Virus record (IMG/VR): IMGVR_UViG_3300005965_000004
Coordinates: 21,395-85,394 of that record
Strand: one strand, 5' to 3'
Length of the DNA stretch: 64,000 nucleotides
DNA from: a virus
Part shown: piece after piece, positions 1 through 8,074 of the stretch
How positions within the stretch are numbered: position 1 is the first letter of the stretch
Layout: the number at the start of each line of letters is the position of its first letter
Translations under genes and position numbers: made by a program
The notes under the pieces: generated by a model
The model's database searches: none
What the model was told of the DNA's origin: nothing
What the model saw: only the letters and a program-made list of their open reading frames with translations

Positions 1-19
1 GACCACGAGACTGTGAAAT

Positions 20-98
20 TGGTCTGGACGGTAGAATTCGAACCTACGTGATCCCGGTTCCAGGCCGCGTGACTCAAGCCATACTAGCATACACCCGG
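20..98 (-). tRNA. tRNA-Pro(UGG), degenerate acceptor stem
   Basis: Anticodon loop CCTGGAA, T-arm GTAGG-TTCGAAT-TCTAC, encoded ACCA. 5' end overlaps tRNA-Lys. Confidence 0.7.
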
Positions 99-173
99 AT
101 GGATTCGAACCATCGATGCGCTTTCGCGTCCACATTAAAAGTGTGGTACTCTCGACCTCTGAGTGACGGGTGC
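90..173 (-). tRNA. tRNA-Lys(UUU) with long variable arm
   Basis: GCACCCG/CGGGTGT acceptor, ACTC/GAGT D-stem, CCACA-CTTTTAA-TGTGG, 15-nt variable region, GATGG-TTCGAAT-CCATC. No encoded CCA. Confidence 0.85.
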
Positions 174-355
174 GTAAAAAATTTAGTAATAATTATCTCA
201 AACCATAATATTCATGTTACATTGAACTATCTTTGTACCTTTTTCTTGTTTACCAACAAAGGATTTGGCACAAAACTTACTACAAAAATCTCCATTACTC
301 CACTTACTATATTTTTTCAGTGAACTTTTTTCAAACTTTTTTACAGGTTGGAACT

Positions 356-430
356 TGGCAGACCCGGAGGGATTCGAACCCACATCTGCTGGTTTTGGAG
401 ACCAGTGTGTTACCGTTACACCACGGACCT
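356..430 (-). tRNA. tRNA-Trp(CCA)
   Basis: CTGGT-CTCCAAA-ACCAG anticodon arm, TTCGAAT T-loop, GCCA end. Confidence 0.93.
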
Positions 431-442
431 GTAAAGAAATCT

Positions 443-517
443 TGGTTACCGGGGCAGGATTCGAACCCACATCCTTTGAGTCAAAGTCAAACATCCTAGC
501 CATTGGACGACCCGGCA
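443..517 (-). tRNA. tRNA-Gln(UUG)
   Basis: TTTGA-CTTTGAC-TCAAA anticodon arm, U1-A72, CCA end. Confidence 0.92.
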
Positions 518-530
518 ATAAATTTACTTA

Positions 531-615
531 TGGTGGGCATGGACGGAGTTGAACCGCCACAGTCGAAAGACGGGTGGGTTACAGCCACTTGAGCTCGCCA
601 ATGCTCAGCCTACCC
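531..615 (-). tRNA. tRNA-Tyr(GUA)
   Basis: Loop CTGTAAC, long variable arm, TTCAACT T-loop, ACCA end. Confidence 0.88.
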
Positions 616-632
616 ATCAAAAGTAAATTTAT

Positions 633-719
633 TGGTTCTGCGGGAAGGATTCAAACCTTCATAGCCATAAAGTCGACGGATTTACAGTCCGCTGATTTCG
701 TCCACTTACCATCCGCAGA
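633..719 (-). tRNA. tRNA-Tyr(GUA), atypical
   Basis: TCTGCGG/CCGCAGA acceptor, GCGGA-CTGTAAA-TCCGT, long variable arm, T-loop TTTGAAT, ACCA. Confidence 0.8.
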
Positions 720-727
720 ATAAAATT

Positions 728-805
728 TGGTACCCCCGTCTGGACTCGAACCAGAACCTTACAGATTAAGAGTCTGCCATGCTAATCCAATTACAACACG
801 GAGGC
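728..805 (-). tRNA. tRNA-Lys(CUU)
   Basis: GCAGA-CTCTTAA-TCTGT, TCTGG-TTCGAGT-CCAGA, ACCA. Confidence 0.9.
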
Positions 806-811
806 AAAAGT

Positions 812-935
812 GAGTGTGTTACTAAAATCTCTTTAGCGTTTTTCGCAAAATGATTCTTTCACACACTCTTATATGTAAAATTTACATCTTCAATGTAAAT
901 TCACATTCAGTACAAGTTGCTTTCGCAACAATGTG
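812..935 (-). ncRNA. Putative structured ncRNA segment within tRNA cluster
   Basis: Three consecutive stems: CACATT/AATGTG enclosing GTTGC-GAAA-GCAAC; AATTTACAT/ATGTAAATT; GAGTGTG/CACACTC. Confidence 0.4.
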
Positions 936-967
936 CTTACGTCAGTTTCCAGAAATGTCAAAAAGCC

Positions 968-1000
968 AAAAAAAGAGAGTCAGATTTTTACCTGACTCTC
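968..1000 (-). terminator. Intrinsic terminator
   Basis: GAGAGTCAG-loop-CTGACTCTC followed by T7 on the minus strand. Confidence 0.75.
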
Positions 1001-1022
1001 TTTGATATTCCAAGTATCTTAT

Positions 1023-1102
1023 GAGTCAGGTTAGGCAGTGCCTCCTTCTGGTCTATCTGTAATATTAGCACTGAGCCAATTATAGACCACGGATATGGCA
1101 CT
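1023..1102 (-). ncRNA. Putative structured leader/attenuator RNA
   Basis: Nested stems AGTGCC/GGCACT, TGGTCTAT/ATAGACCA and ATTGGC/GCTAAT, then CCTGACTC complementary to the terminator 5' arm. Confidence 0.45.
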
Positions 1103-1184
1103 AAAATAATGCTGCTTGCCTTGTTTTTGAATTGTCTGTTTACAAATGCGTTCCATAAGATTACCTTTTCTTTCCTTTTCCTTT

Positions 1185-1262
1185 TGGTTGCAACGGGTTG
1201 GAATCGAACCAACTTTTCTCTGCTTATGAGACAGAGCGAGATGCCAACCTCTTCCCCCTGCT
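1185..1262 (-). tRNA. tRNA-Met(CAU), initiator-like unpaired 1:72
   Basis: TCTGT-CTCATAA-GCAGA, GTTGG-TTCGATT-CCAAC, ends GCAACCA. Lacks the three G-C pairs of a canonical fMet anticodon stem. Confidence 0.8.
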
Positions 1263-1294
1263 GTAATTTGTCTCCAAAAACTATTTATAGTTTT

Positions 1295-1523
1295 AATATA
1301 CCATTTTCTCCAAAAAATGTCAAATTTTTTGAGTGAGACTCATCCAGGTACTTCTACCGCTGGCACGGATTTTATTATTGTCTCACTCTCTTCTACTAAC
1401 CACATATTAAAGATAACATATTTTCACAAGATTGTCAATAGTTTTTTTCATCTTTTTTTCTTGTGTTTCTTTCTCTTCTCAATCGCACAATAACAATATA
1501 CAAAATTTTCGTAAGAATGTCAA
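1295..1523 (-). promoter_or_regulatory. Three tandem sigma70-type promoters driving the tRNA cluster
   Basis: TTGACA-17-TATATT (1295-1323), TTGACA-17-TATCTT (1410-1438), TTGACA-17-TATATT (1495-1523). Confidence 0.8.
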
Positions 1524-1586
1524 CAACTTTCTCAAAAAAATTGTTTAAGCGATTAAACTACCTATAATATTGTACGCGCTTGTACA

Positions 1587-1853
1587 TTATATATCATTCT
1601 TAGAAGCATCTCTGAATAACTTGTCCATGAATGGCTCAAGTCCTGCTTCTCCACCATCAGAAGAAATAACTTCGTCTATCATTGACTTATAAGCCAAGAA
1701 ATCAGTTGTTCTGTAACCTGTTGCTCTCTCGTATCTCTTCTGTAATTCTCCAAGCTTTTCAGAGGCTTCCTTAAGAAGTTCAATAACATCTTCCGTATCG
1801 ACAACTATTAACTGAAGCTCTTCATTCTCTTTAAGATATTGTTTGAAACTCAT
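1587..1853 (-). CDS. Hypothetical protein, possible internal head protein
   Basis: 88 aa, starts MSFKQYLKE, similar to T4 capsid-targeting sequences. GAGGAG RBS. Confidence 0.6.
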   Translation of the reverse strand: MSFKQYLKENEELQLIVVDTEDVIELLKEASEKLGELQKRYERATGYRTTDFLAYKSMIDEVISSDGGEAGLEPFMDKLFRDASKNDI

Positions 1854-1855
1854 TA

Positions 1856-2233
1856 TTACTCCTCTCCACCCATGTCAAATTCTTCATCGTCAGACATTGA
1901 TGGCTCTTTTGTTGGTTCTACCTCGTCATTTCCACCAATCTTTTCTGTAGAAATTTCAACCATGATTTCCACTGGAACCGCATCACCTTCACTTTCATCG
2001 TATTTTGATGTTGCTACAAATCTTGGAGAATTTTTCAAAACACCCTTTTCATGGGTCTCTACTCCAATCTCCATATTATTGATGACCTGCATTTTCTCAT
2101 CTTCAGACAGGTCGAATTCTGTTACAATATACTCCTTAATAACATCTATAATGTTTTTGAGAAGGTTGCTTGAGACTTTCTTAGACTCATTTTCCTCAAG
2201 CTTGTTTCTGACAAAATCTGTAAAGGCTCCCAT
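1856..2233 (-). CDS. Hypothetical acidic protein
   Basis: 125-aa ORF with RBS and acidic C-terminus. Confidence 0.6.
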   Translation of the reverse strand: MGAFTDFVRNKLEENESKKVSSNLLKNIIDVIKEYIVTEFDLSEDEKMQVINNMEIGVETHEKGVLKNSPRFVATSKYDESEGDAVPVEIMVEISTEKIGGNDEVEPTKEPSMSDDEEFDMGGEE

Positions 2234-2244
2234 TTTCCTCTCCT

Positions 2245-2684
2245 TAATTTAAAAACAATTTTAGTTGTTTTTTATTAGTTTTATATCCAAACTTTTTGTG
2301 AATTTCTTTATGACAATCTTTACATAAAGTTATACCATTATTTATTTATATATATTATAACGATTTTCAAAATTTTCTTTAAAATTGTCAATATGATGAA
2401 CGTGAAGATGTTCTTTAGAACAACATTTTTGACAAGTATGATTGTCTCTTTCAAGAACTTCTTTTTTCCAAAAATAGTTATCTGAAATTAATCCTCTATT
2501 ACGACTTAAAAATCTTTCTTCGTTGGTAATTTTATTATTATATTTTGGATGATTTGAACCAACTTTTAAATTTTATTCTTCCAAATCTATCCTTATAAAG
2601 AGGAATATCATATCCTTTACTTTTCCAATAATCATAAGTTCTTCCATTTATTGTTACATTCAAATAAGTATGTATCTATTATCA
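2245..2684 (-). pseudogene. Decayed HNH homing endonuclease
   Basis: Broken frames give WKKEVLERDNHTCQKCCSKEHLHVHHID and NGITLCKDCHKEF. Confidence 0.75.
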
Positions 2685-3406
2685 TAATTTTCTTCTTTTA
2701 AAATATCATTGCATACTACTTCAGCTGAATTTTTTAAATCATTTAAATTACCATTATTGGAAATTATATAGTTCCATTCATTCCAGTTGTCAAGAGATGT
2801 CTCCGAATCGTGATTAGCAATCTGCTCTTGAGTATTTATATTTCTTGTGATCCTTATGACGTATGTTTCGTATTCATCACAAAACATCTCAGTAATTTCA
2901 TTTGGAAATCTACAGTCAGTGATTACAATAAAGTCATCATCAGAATCTATTGCTCTGTTCTTAACTTGATTGACCCACCAATCGTTGTCTACTCTTTTTC
3001 TGAAAATCTCTGTTCCGTATAACTGAAGAATGTTTCTGGTAATGTCTGTCTTGTTCTCATACCAGTTCTCATCATTGATCTTTAGCTTATTGATGGTATC
3101 GTCTATATCTCCAACCTGTGAAGGATACTTCATGTATTCCCTTCCATCAATGAAAGTATATATTTTTCTTTTTATCTCATCTGAAATATTGTCAAGAACA
3201 TCTACAAGCTTTCTGAAATCTTCCTTACAACAGTCTTTGAGTGAACGAGCAAAAAGATCAGTTGATACTTTGAATCCTCTTTGTTTTAGAATATCAACAA
3301 CATATTCAGAAAACTGATTTTTACCGCAATGTATTTTTCCCGAGATCAGTAGAACCTTCTTCATCATAAACTCCTTCGTTTTCAAGTCATATATTTGGTA
3401 AGCCAA
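2660..3406 (-). CDS. Deoxynucleoside monophosphate kinase (gp1-like)
   Basis: ISGKIHCGK P-loop, RNILQLYGTE, ITDCRFPNE, HDSE. Start is probably at MMKK. Confidence 0.88.
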   Translation of the reverse strand: MAYQIYDLKTKEFMMKKVLLISGKIHCGKNQFSEYVVDILKQRGFKVSTDLFARSLKDCCKEDFRKLVDVLDNISDEIKRKIYTFIDGREYMKYPSQVGDIDDTINKLKINDENWYENKTDITRNILQLYGTEIFRKRVDNDWWVNQVKNRAIDSDDDFIVITDCRFPNEITEMFCDEYETYVIRITRNINTQEQIANHDSETSLDNWNEWNYIISNNGNLNDLKNSAEVVCNDILKEENYDNRYILI

Positions 3407-3417
3407 TCACTAAAATC

Positions 3418-3585
3418 TTAAACTTTTTCATTCAAGAGCCTTGCCGATATATCAACGTAGTCCCTTCCCAGACTTCCTTCAGTAATTGTTCCGTTTGTAA
3501 TTCTGACTTTTCCACAACTACATGAACCATCATGTTCCACAACACTCTGACAATGTAGGCATTTTACTTTTTTGTTAATTTGCAT
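3418..3585 (-). CDS. Small zinc-ribbon protein (55 aa)
   Basis: MQINKKVKCLHC...SCSCGKV. Not in the ORF track (too short). Confidence 0.6.
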   Translation of the reverse strand: MQINKKVKCLHCQSVVEHDGSCSCGKVRITNGTITEGSLGRDYVDISARLLNEKV

Positions 3586-3588
3586 AAT

Positions 3589-4164
3589 TTACTCCTCTTC
3601 ATCTTCTTCAGAATATTCGTTATCATCATTATTTTTAGAAAGTTCATCATTTATGATGCCCAATCTTGTTCTCAAGTTACCATCATAATCATAATCTTCG
3701 TCGTCGTGTCCAGAATAGTCTATTATAACTCTTCCACAATTCTGACATTTGAACTGTTCATCAGGGACATCTGTCACATCTTTGAAAAAATATACTCCAA
3801 ACCCACAAGTACATTCAACCTCCAAAAAATTTCCACAAAAAATTTCTTCAACATTATCTGGATGGGACTCATGTAAACAAATAATTTTATTTTTTATAAT
3901 TTCCTTATAATATTCTCTTATCTCTTCTTCTGAACATTTAGATTCTCTTTTTCCATTTTCCATTATATCATTAAATCTTGAGCTATCCAAACATAAATCA
4001 ATTCCTTTAAGATTGATTTCGATACCATTGTCTTTAAGAGTTTCAACAATTAAGTTTTCAATCATCTTTATACCACTTATATACCCAACCAACCAATCTT
4101 TGTTCTTTGCTACGATAGGTACGAATTGTGGTTTCTTGTTAATCTTCGGTGGTTTGTATCGCAT
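3589..4164 (-). CDS. Hypothetical protein with Zn-ribbon motifs
   Basis: CTCG and CQNCG, GGAGG RBS, upstream TATAAATA at 4186-4193. Confidence 0.6.
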   Translation of the reverse strand: MRYKPPKINKKPQFVPIVAKNKDWLVGYISGIKMIENLIVETLKDNGIEINLKGIDLCLDSSRFNDIMENGKRESKCSEEEIREYYKEIIKNKIICLHESHPDNVEEIFCGNFLEVECTCGFGVYFFKDVTDVPDEQFKCQNCGRVIIDYSGHDDEDYDYDGNLRTRLGIINDELSKNNDDNEYSEEDEEE

Positions 4165-4188
4165 AAATACCTCCTTATTTGTAAGTAT

Positions 4189-4587
4189 TTATACATCAGC
4201 AATTTTATTTTTGCCGTAACTAAAGATTTCAAGTATCTCCTTAATTTGCTTTTCATCAAGAAGTTGAATGTATCTTTCAGCATCCTTCAACCCTACTTCA
4301 AAATATCTGGCAATAACCATTTTTTCTTTCTGATCCAAATCCTTCTTCTTTTTTATATACTTAAAGTAATGCTTTCTCTTTGGTAGAATAGAAAAGTAGT
4401 ACCTGTAGTGAGTACTATTAGGAACATCATACTTGTTTATTTCGTTGACTACAGGTACATATATCTCACTCATAGATACAAACCTGTTAATCATATAACC
4501 AGGATATCCCTTATTAACCTCTTCATCACTGAAATCTAAATCCTTATTATCAACAGTCAAGCCATCGAGATAATCAAATAATTCCAT
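4189..4587 (-). CDS. gp62: Clamp loader small subunit
   Basis: LFDYL..., YMINRFVS, HYRYYFSILPKRKHYFKYIK pattern of gp62. Confidence 0.85.
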   Translation of the reverse strand: MELFDYLDGLTVDNKDLDFSDEEVNKGYPGYMINRFVSMSEIYVPVVNEINKYDVPNSTHYRYYFSILPKRKHYFKYIKKKKDLDQKEKMVIARYFEVGLKDAERYIQLLDEKQIKEILEIFSYGKNKIADV

Positions 4588-4838
4588 TAGAGTATCCTTT
4601 CAATTGCTTCCTCAATATCTATGCCATTTATCATTTCTGTAGTTGCTTCCTGAGTTGCGTCGTAAATATCATTGAAAAGCTTTTCCTCACTTTTCTCAGG
4701 AATTCCAGGAATGTCAACCTTCTTGTTTGCTTTGGTGACTATCAATTTCTGATACTTTTCACTGTTTACATTACTTAAAAGAATCTTCTTGATCTTGGGC
4801 CAAGCCATTCTTATTATAATTTTTTTAAGCCAATTCAT
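4587..4838 (-). CDS. Hypothetical protein
   Basis: ORF, probable start MNWLKK after GGAGAG. Confidence 0.5.
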   Translation of the reverse strand: MNWLKKIIIRMAWPKIKKILLSNVNSEKYQKLIVTKANKKVDIPGIPEKSEEKLFNDIYDATQEATTEMINGIDIEEAIERIL

Positions 4839-4840
4839 AA

Positions 4841-5001
4841 TTACTCTCCACATCCCAGCCACATAATTTTATATTCTGGGTATTTCTTTTTGAAATCGCT
4901 TGAAATTTTCTTTATGTACTCTTCCGCTTTACTTTTGGGTAGTCTACCAGTATATACATACAGCTTCTTTTATCAAATTCTTTAACCACTTCATGAGCCA
5001 T
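4841..5001 (-). pseudogene. Frameshifted mini-ORF with portal (gp20)-like motif
   Basis: YVYTGRLPKSKAEEYIKKISSDFKKK vs this phage's portal IYTGRMPKGKADEFVKQLANRYRKK. Confidence 0.55.
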
Positions 5002-5212
5002 TACCTCCTCTTTTCATTTTAACTTTAGGCCATATTGATAGAAATTTTTCCTTTTCTGATCTTGATAATCCTGACAAATCTATATTCCAGATTTCGGATT
5101 CTTTCCACGAAACTATATAATAGTCGTCGTACTTCTTAATTTTGTGAATGTTCTTCCCCTCAAGAAAATCACCAAGCAAATCTGACAGTTTGACAACTTT
5201 TGATTTAATCAT
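4991..5212 (-). CDS. Hypothetical protein
   Basis: 73-aa ORF with GGAG RBS. Confidence 0.5.
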   Translation of the reverse strand: MIKSKVVKLSDLLGDFLEGKNIHKIKKYDDYYIVSWKESEIWNIDLSGLSRSEKEKFLSIWPKVKMKRGGNGS

Positions 5213-5232
5213 AACAAATTATTTCTCCAAAG

Positions 5233-5757
5233 TCAAGGTTTTACTATTAGAAATCTTTCTTGTTCTTCTCTCAAAACTCTACAATCAACATGGACCCAAC
5301 TTTGGCTTGGAAAATCTTCGACTGTTGTTATGTATTTGAAAGCATCTTCATATGGACTATCCAGAATAGTTTTTCTTATCTCAGCAGAATCAATTCCATT
5401 CATGTAAAAGTCTATTGCTCTTCCATATGTATGTTGAGAGAATCTTGAATACTCCGGAGAGTTTTCGTATCTTATCCCCGACCACATTCTACTACCACCA
5501 ACATGCCAATTGTTTATTATCATTGGTTTATCGAAATACTCTCTTATCATATCGGCAGTCCATAACATTCTCCAATCAATGACAGAGATTGATTTATCGC
5601 CTCTAATGCTATATGTCTCAGGGTCTACGAACTCCTGAACTACAAAATGCTTTAGTTTATATTCTACCATAGGAGCCTCTAATACTGTTATTTTTCTAAA
5701 ATCAAACAAATGTTTCAACAATTTCCATCTCATATTATATATCCTTTGAAGATTCAA
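5233..5757 (-). CDS. Peptidase M15-family endolysin
   Basis: SQHTYGRAIDF and WVHVD zinc-peptidase motifs. Confidence 0.85.
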   Translation of the reverse strand: MNLQRIYNMRWKLLKHLFDFRKITVLEAPMVEYKLKHFVVQEFVDPETYSIRGDKSISVIDWRMLWTADMIREYFDKPMIINNWHVGGSRMWSGIRYENSPEYSRFSQHTYGRAIDFYMNGIDSAEIRKTILDSPYEDAFKYITTVEDFPSQSWVHVDCRVLREEQERFLIVKP

Positions 5758-6256
5758 ATGGATTGACCTTTACGAGTTTATTGTATCCTTCTCCATCTGT
5801 TGGTGGTTCAAAGTTCTTCTTCATACCATTGATGACTTGAGCCCACTTGGATACATCATATCCACGGGATTCTCTCATTCTATATTCAATATTTCTTTTG
5901 TCTTCTGTAAACCACATATATACAATCTCAGTCTCACCAAAGTCTTTTGTAATCAATCCATAACTTCTCTCAAAATCTCTGATGGATTCTACTATTTCTA
6001 TTCTCCTGGCAGACTTTATATGAGTCTCATCGACAATAACATCAAGACCGTGCTCTAGTGCCATTTCGATTGCCTTGTTAGTTGATTGTTTGATAAAAGG
6101 TTCAAATCTAAAATCGAATGTATACTCTCCACCCTTTATCATCGATCTGTATGCGTCACGATTGACAATAACAACTTCTTTGTTCTCACTGGCAAACTTT
6201 CTTGACCATGTTGATTTACCAGAACCCGGCAACCCAATTGTTAAGTAAACTTTCAT
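5735..6256 (-). CDS. Polynucleotide kinase-like P-loop kinase (AAA_33)
   Basis: GLPGSGKSTW, NRDAYR, VIVDETH. Confidence 0.8.
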   Translation of the reverse strand: MKVYLTIGLPGSGKSTWSRKFASENKEVVIVNRDAYRSMIKGGEYTFDFRFEPFIKQSTNKAIEMALEHGLDVIVDETHIKSARRIEIVESIRDFERSYGLITKDFGETEIVYMWFTEDKRNIEYRMRESRGYDVSKWAQVINGMKKNFEPPTDGEGYNKLVKVNPFESSKDI

Positions 6257-6618
6257 ATTAAATCCTTATCCATGAGTTCCATCTACTAAAGATATTCCAT
6301 GTTTAATTCCACTTAGAAAATTTCTAGCTTCCTCTATATCAATCTTAGAGACTTCTATACCAATCTCATTTCCAATATCAGAAGCATCGTACCAATCTTC
6401 ACATTTTTCCAATATCTTTATGATGTCTTGCTTGTTCATATATCACAATACTTATTATTGTAAATTTTTAATTGTTTCATTTTGAACTTCAACCCATTCC
6501 CACCTGTTTGGTTTTTCCATCATCATAATCATTTTGTCCAACTTTATTTTTTCAAAAATTTCTATCATAATAATTCCAATGACATATCCAATCAAAATCA
6601 TAACCATAGTTACCTCCA

Positions 6619-7398
6619 TTATATATCAATCTCAACAATCTCGCTTTCAACTTCTTTTATGTCAAATTGGTCACGAGTAATCGGTAATTTAAGTCCCTTG
6701 TCTTTCCATTTCTCAAAAAGCTTTTCTTTAGATTGTTTCCACTTATCATCGAAAACACCCATTCCTGATGATTGGTGGTAGATAAGTACATCAGCAACGG
6801 CGATTTTGTATCCCATTTCCTGTACCCTTAGACAGAAATCTATATCGTAAAAATCGTTATACTCATATGTCTTATCGTCAAAAGAAATTCCCTCTTTTAG
6901 AAATCTGCCTTGAGTTATCATTATACAACCATCAACACAAACAACATCATCAAAGTAACCTATGACACCTTTCTGAAGATGGAATCCTTCACCAATTTTA
7001 CCTTCGTTCTTACCCTGAATAAGATGTCCTCTCATTTTGTCAGGTGTTGTCATCCACCACCCACCTCTTTCTGTCAATTCAGTAGTTCCTGCTATTCCGA
7101 CAATGGCTACATCGTTCTTTTCAGCAAAAAGAAGTTCAACCTTCTCTCTAAATAAGTTGTCAAGAATACCAACATCTTCATGCATGAAAACAATGATATC
7201 ATCATCCTTAAGACCTGACTGCATTGCTGCTTCTATACCGGCATTATATTTCTTGAAAATGTTTTCATGTTTACCTTCTTCTTGATCGAAGACTGATAGA
7301 ACTTGTGCTCCTATCTTCTTCAATGATGGTTCAGCAAACATCTTGAATTTTTGCTCGTCATGTCTAGGTATTATACATTTAAAGTTTGACATTACCAT
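6619..7398 (-). CDS. GT2-like glycosyltransferase
   Basis: KYNAG, FMHEDV, GIAG, VDGC, FYDIDFCL, HQSSG. Confidence 0.82.
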   Translation of the reverse strand: MVMSNFKCIIPRHDEQKFKMFAEPSLKKIGAQVLSVFDQEEGKHENIFKKYNAGIEAAMQSGLKDDDIIVFMHEDVGILDNLFREKVELLFAEKNDVAIVGIAGTTELTERGGWWMTTPDKMRGHLIQGKNEGKIGEGFHLQKGVIGYFDDVVCVDGCIMITQGRFLKEGISFDDKTYEYNDFYDIDFCLRVQEMGYKIAVADVLIYHQSSGMGVFDDKWKQSKEKLFEKWKDKGLKLPITRDQFDIKEVESEIVEIDI

Positions 7399-7654
7399 TC
7401 TCCTTCATTGTCTCAAAAAGACTCTTTACGGATAATATAACTATTTCATTATAGCATTTGTGACAAAGCTCTGCTGAGTCTTCTCTACCGGATATTGGTT
7501 GTGATTTGCTGAAGTCATGTTCCTCGATTCCGTCGATTCCTTCCCAACCAGGGTTTTTACCGTTGGCAATATCTGTCAGATGACAAAGCCACACAAAGAC
7601 ATTACCTCTTTTCTTCAGTTCTTTGCCACAACAATCACAAAAGTATCTAACCAT
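7379..7654 (-). CDS. Hypothetical Zn-finger protein
   Basis: CDCCG...LCHKC. Confidence 0.55.
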   Translation of the reverse strand: MVRYFCDCCGKELKKRGNVFVWLCHLTDIANGKNPGWEGIDGIEEHDFSKSQPISGREDSAELCHKCYNEIVILSVKSLFETMKENGNVKL

Positions 7655-8021
7655 TATAAGACCTCCAACATTTTTTGAATATCATCTTTACATATAATTG
7701 AAAGTTTTGTATGGTTGTTTTGATAAATTTTAATTTCAAAATAATCATACTTATTGTTGTGAATTTTTTAAACCTTTTTATCAAATTATTTAAATCTAAC
7801 CTTTTATCATCATATTTACATTTAGGACATCCACATAATCTTGATTTAGCAACATGGTCAGATGGTTTTATCAACCATCTATGACCACATTGATTACAAG
7901 TTATTGGGACTTTACTTCTTGAATCAATCCAATTTTCTTTGACTTCATCATAATTATATCTCCAATTCCAAATTAAATTTGCTTTTTCTAACCAGTCCTC
8001 AAATATTACTTTCTTTCTCAT
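7647..8021 (-). pseudogene. Truncated Zn-ribbon homing endonuclease
   Basis: YNYDEV...ITCNQCGHRW...GCPKC repeat like 25140..26057, then frameshift with no nuclease domain. Confidence 0.65.
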
Positions 8022-8074
8022 ATAAATTCCTTATAAAGATATTTATTTCTTTATAAGGAGATTTATATATTAGA

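Noticed and set aside
1-12. 5' end of a further tRNA at the window edge
   Set aside because: Too little sequence to call.
880-960. Hammerhead ribozyme (CTGAC...GAAA)
   Set aside because: The core is not CUGANGA and stems I/III cannot be formed.
48-1336. ORFs over the tRNA region
   Set aside because: Shadow frames of tRNA genes.
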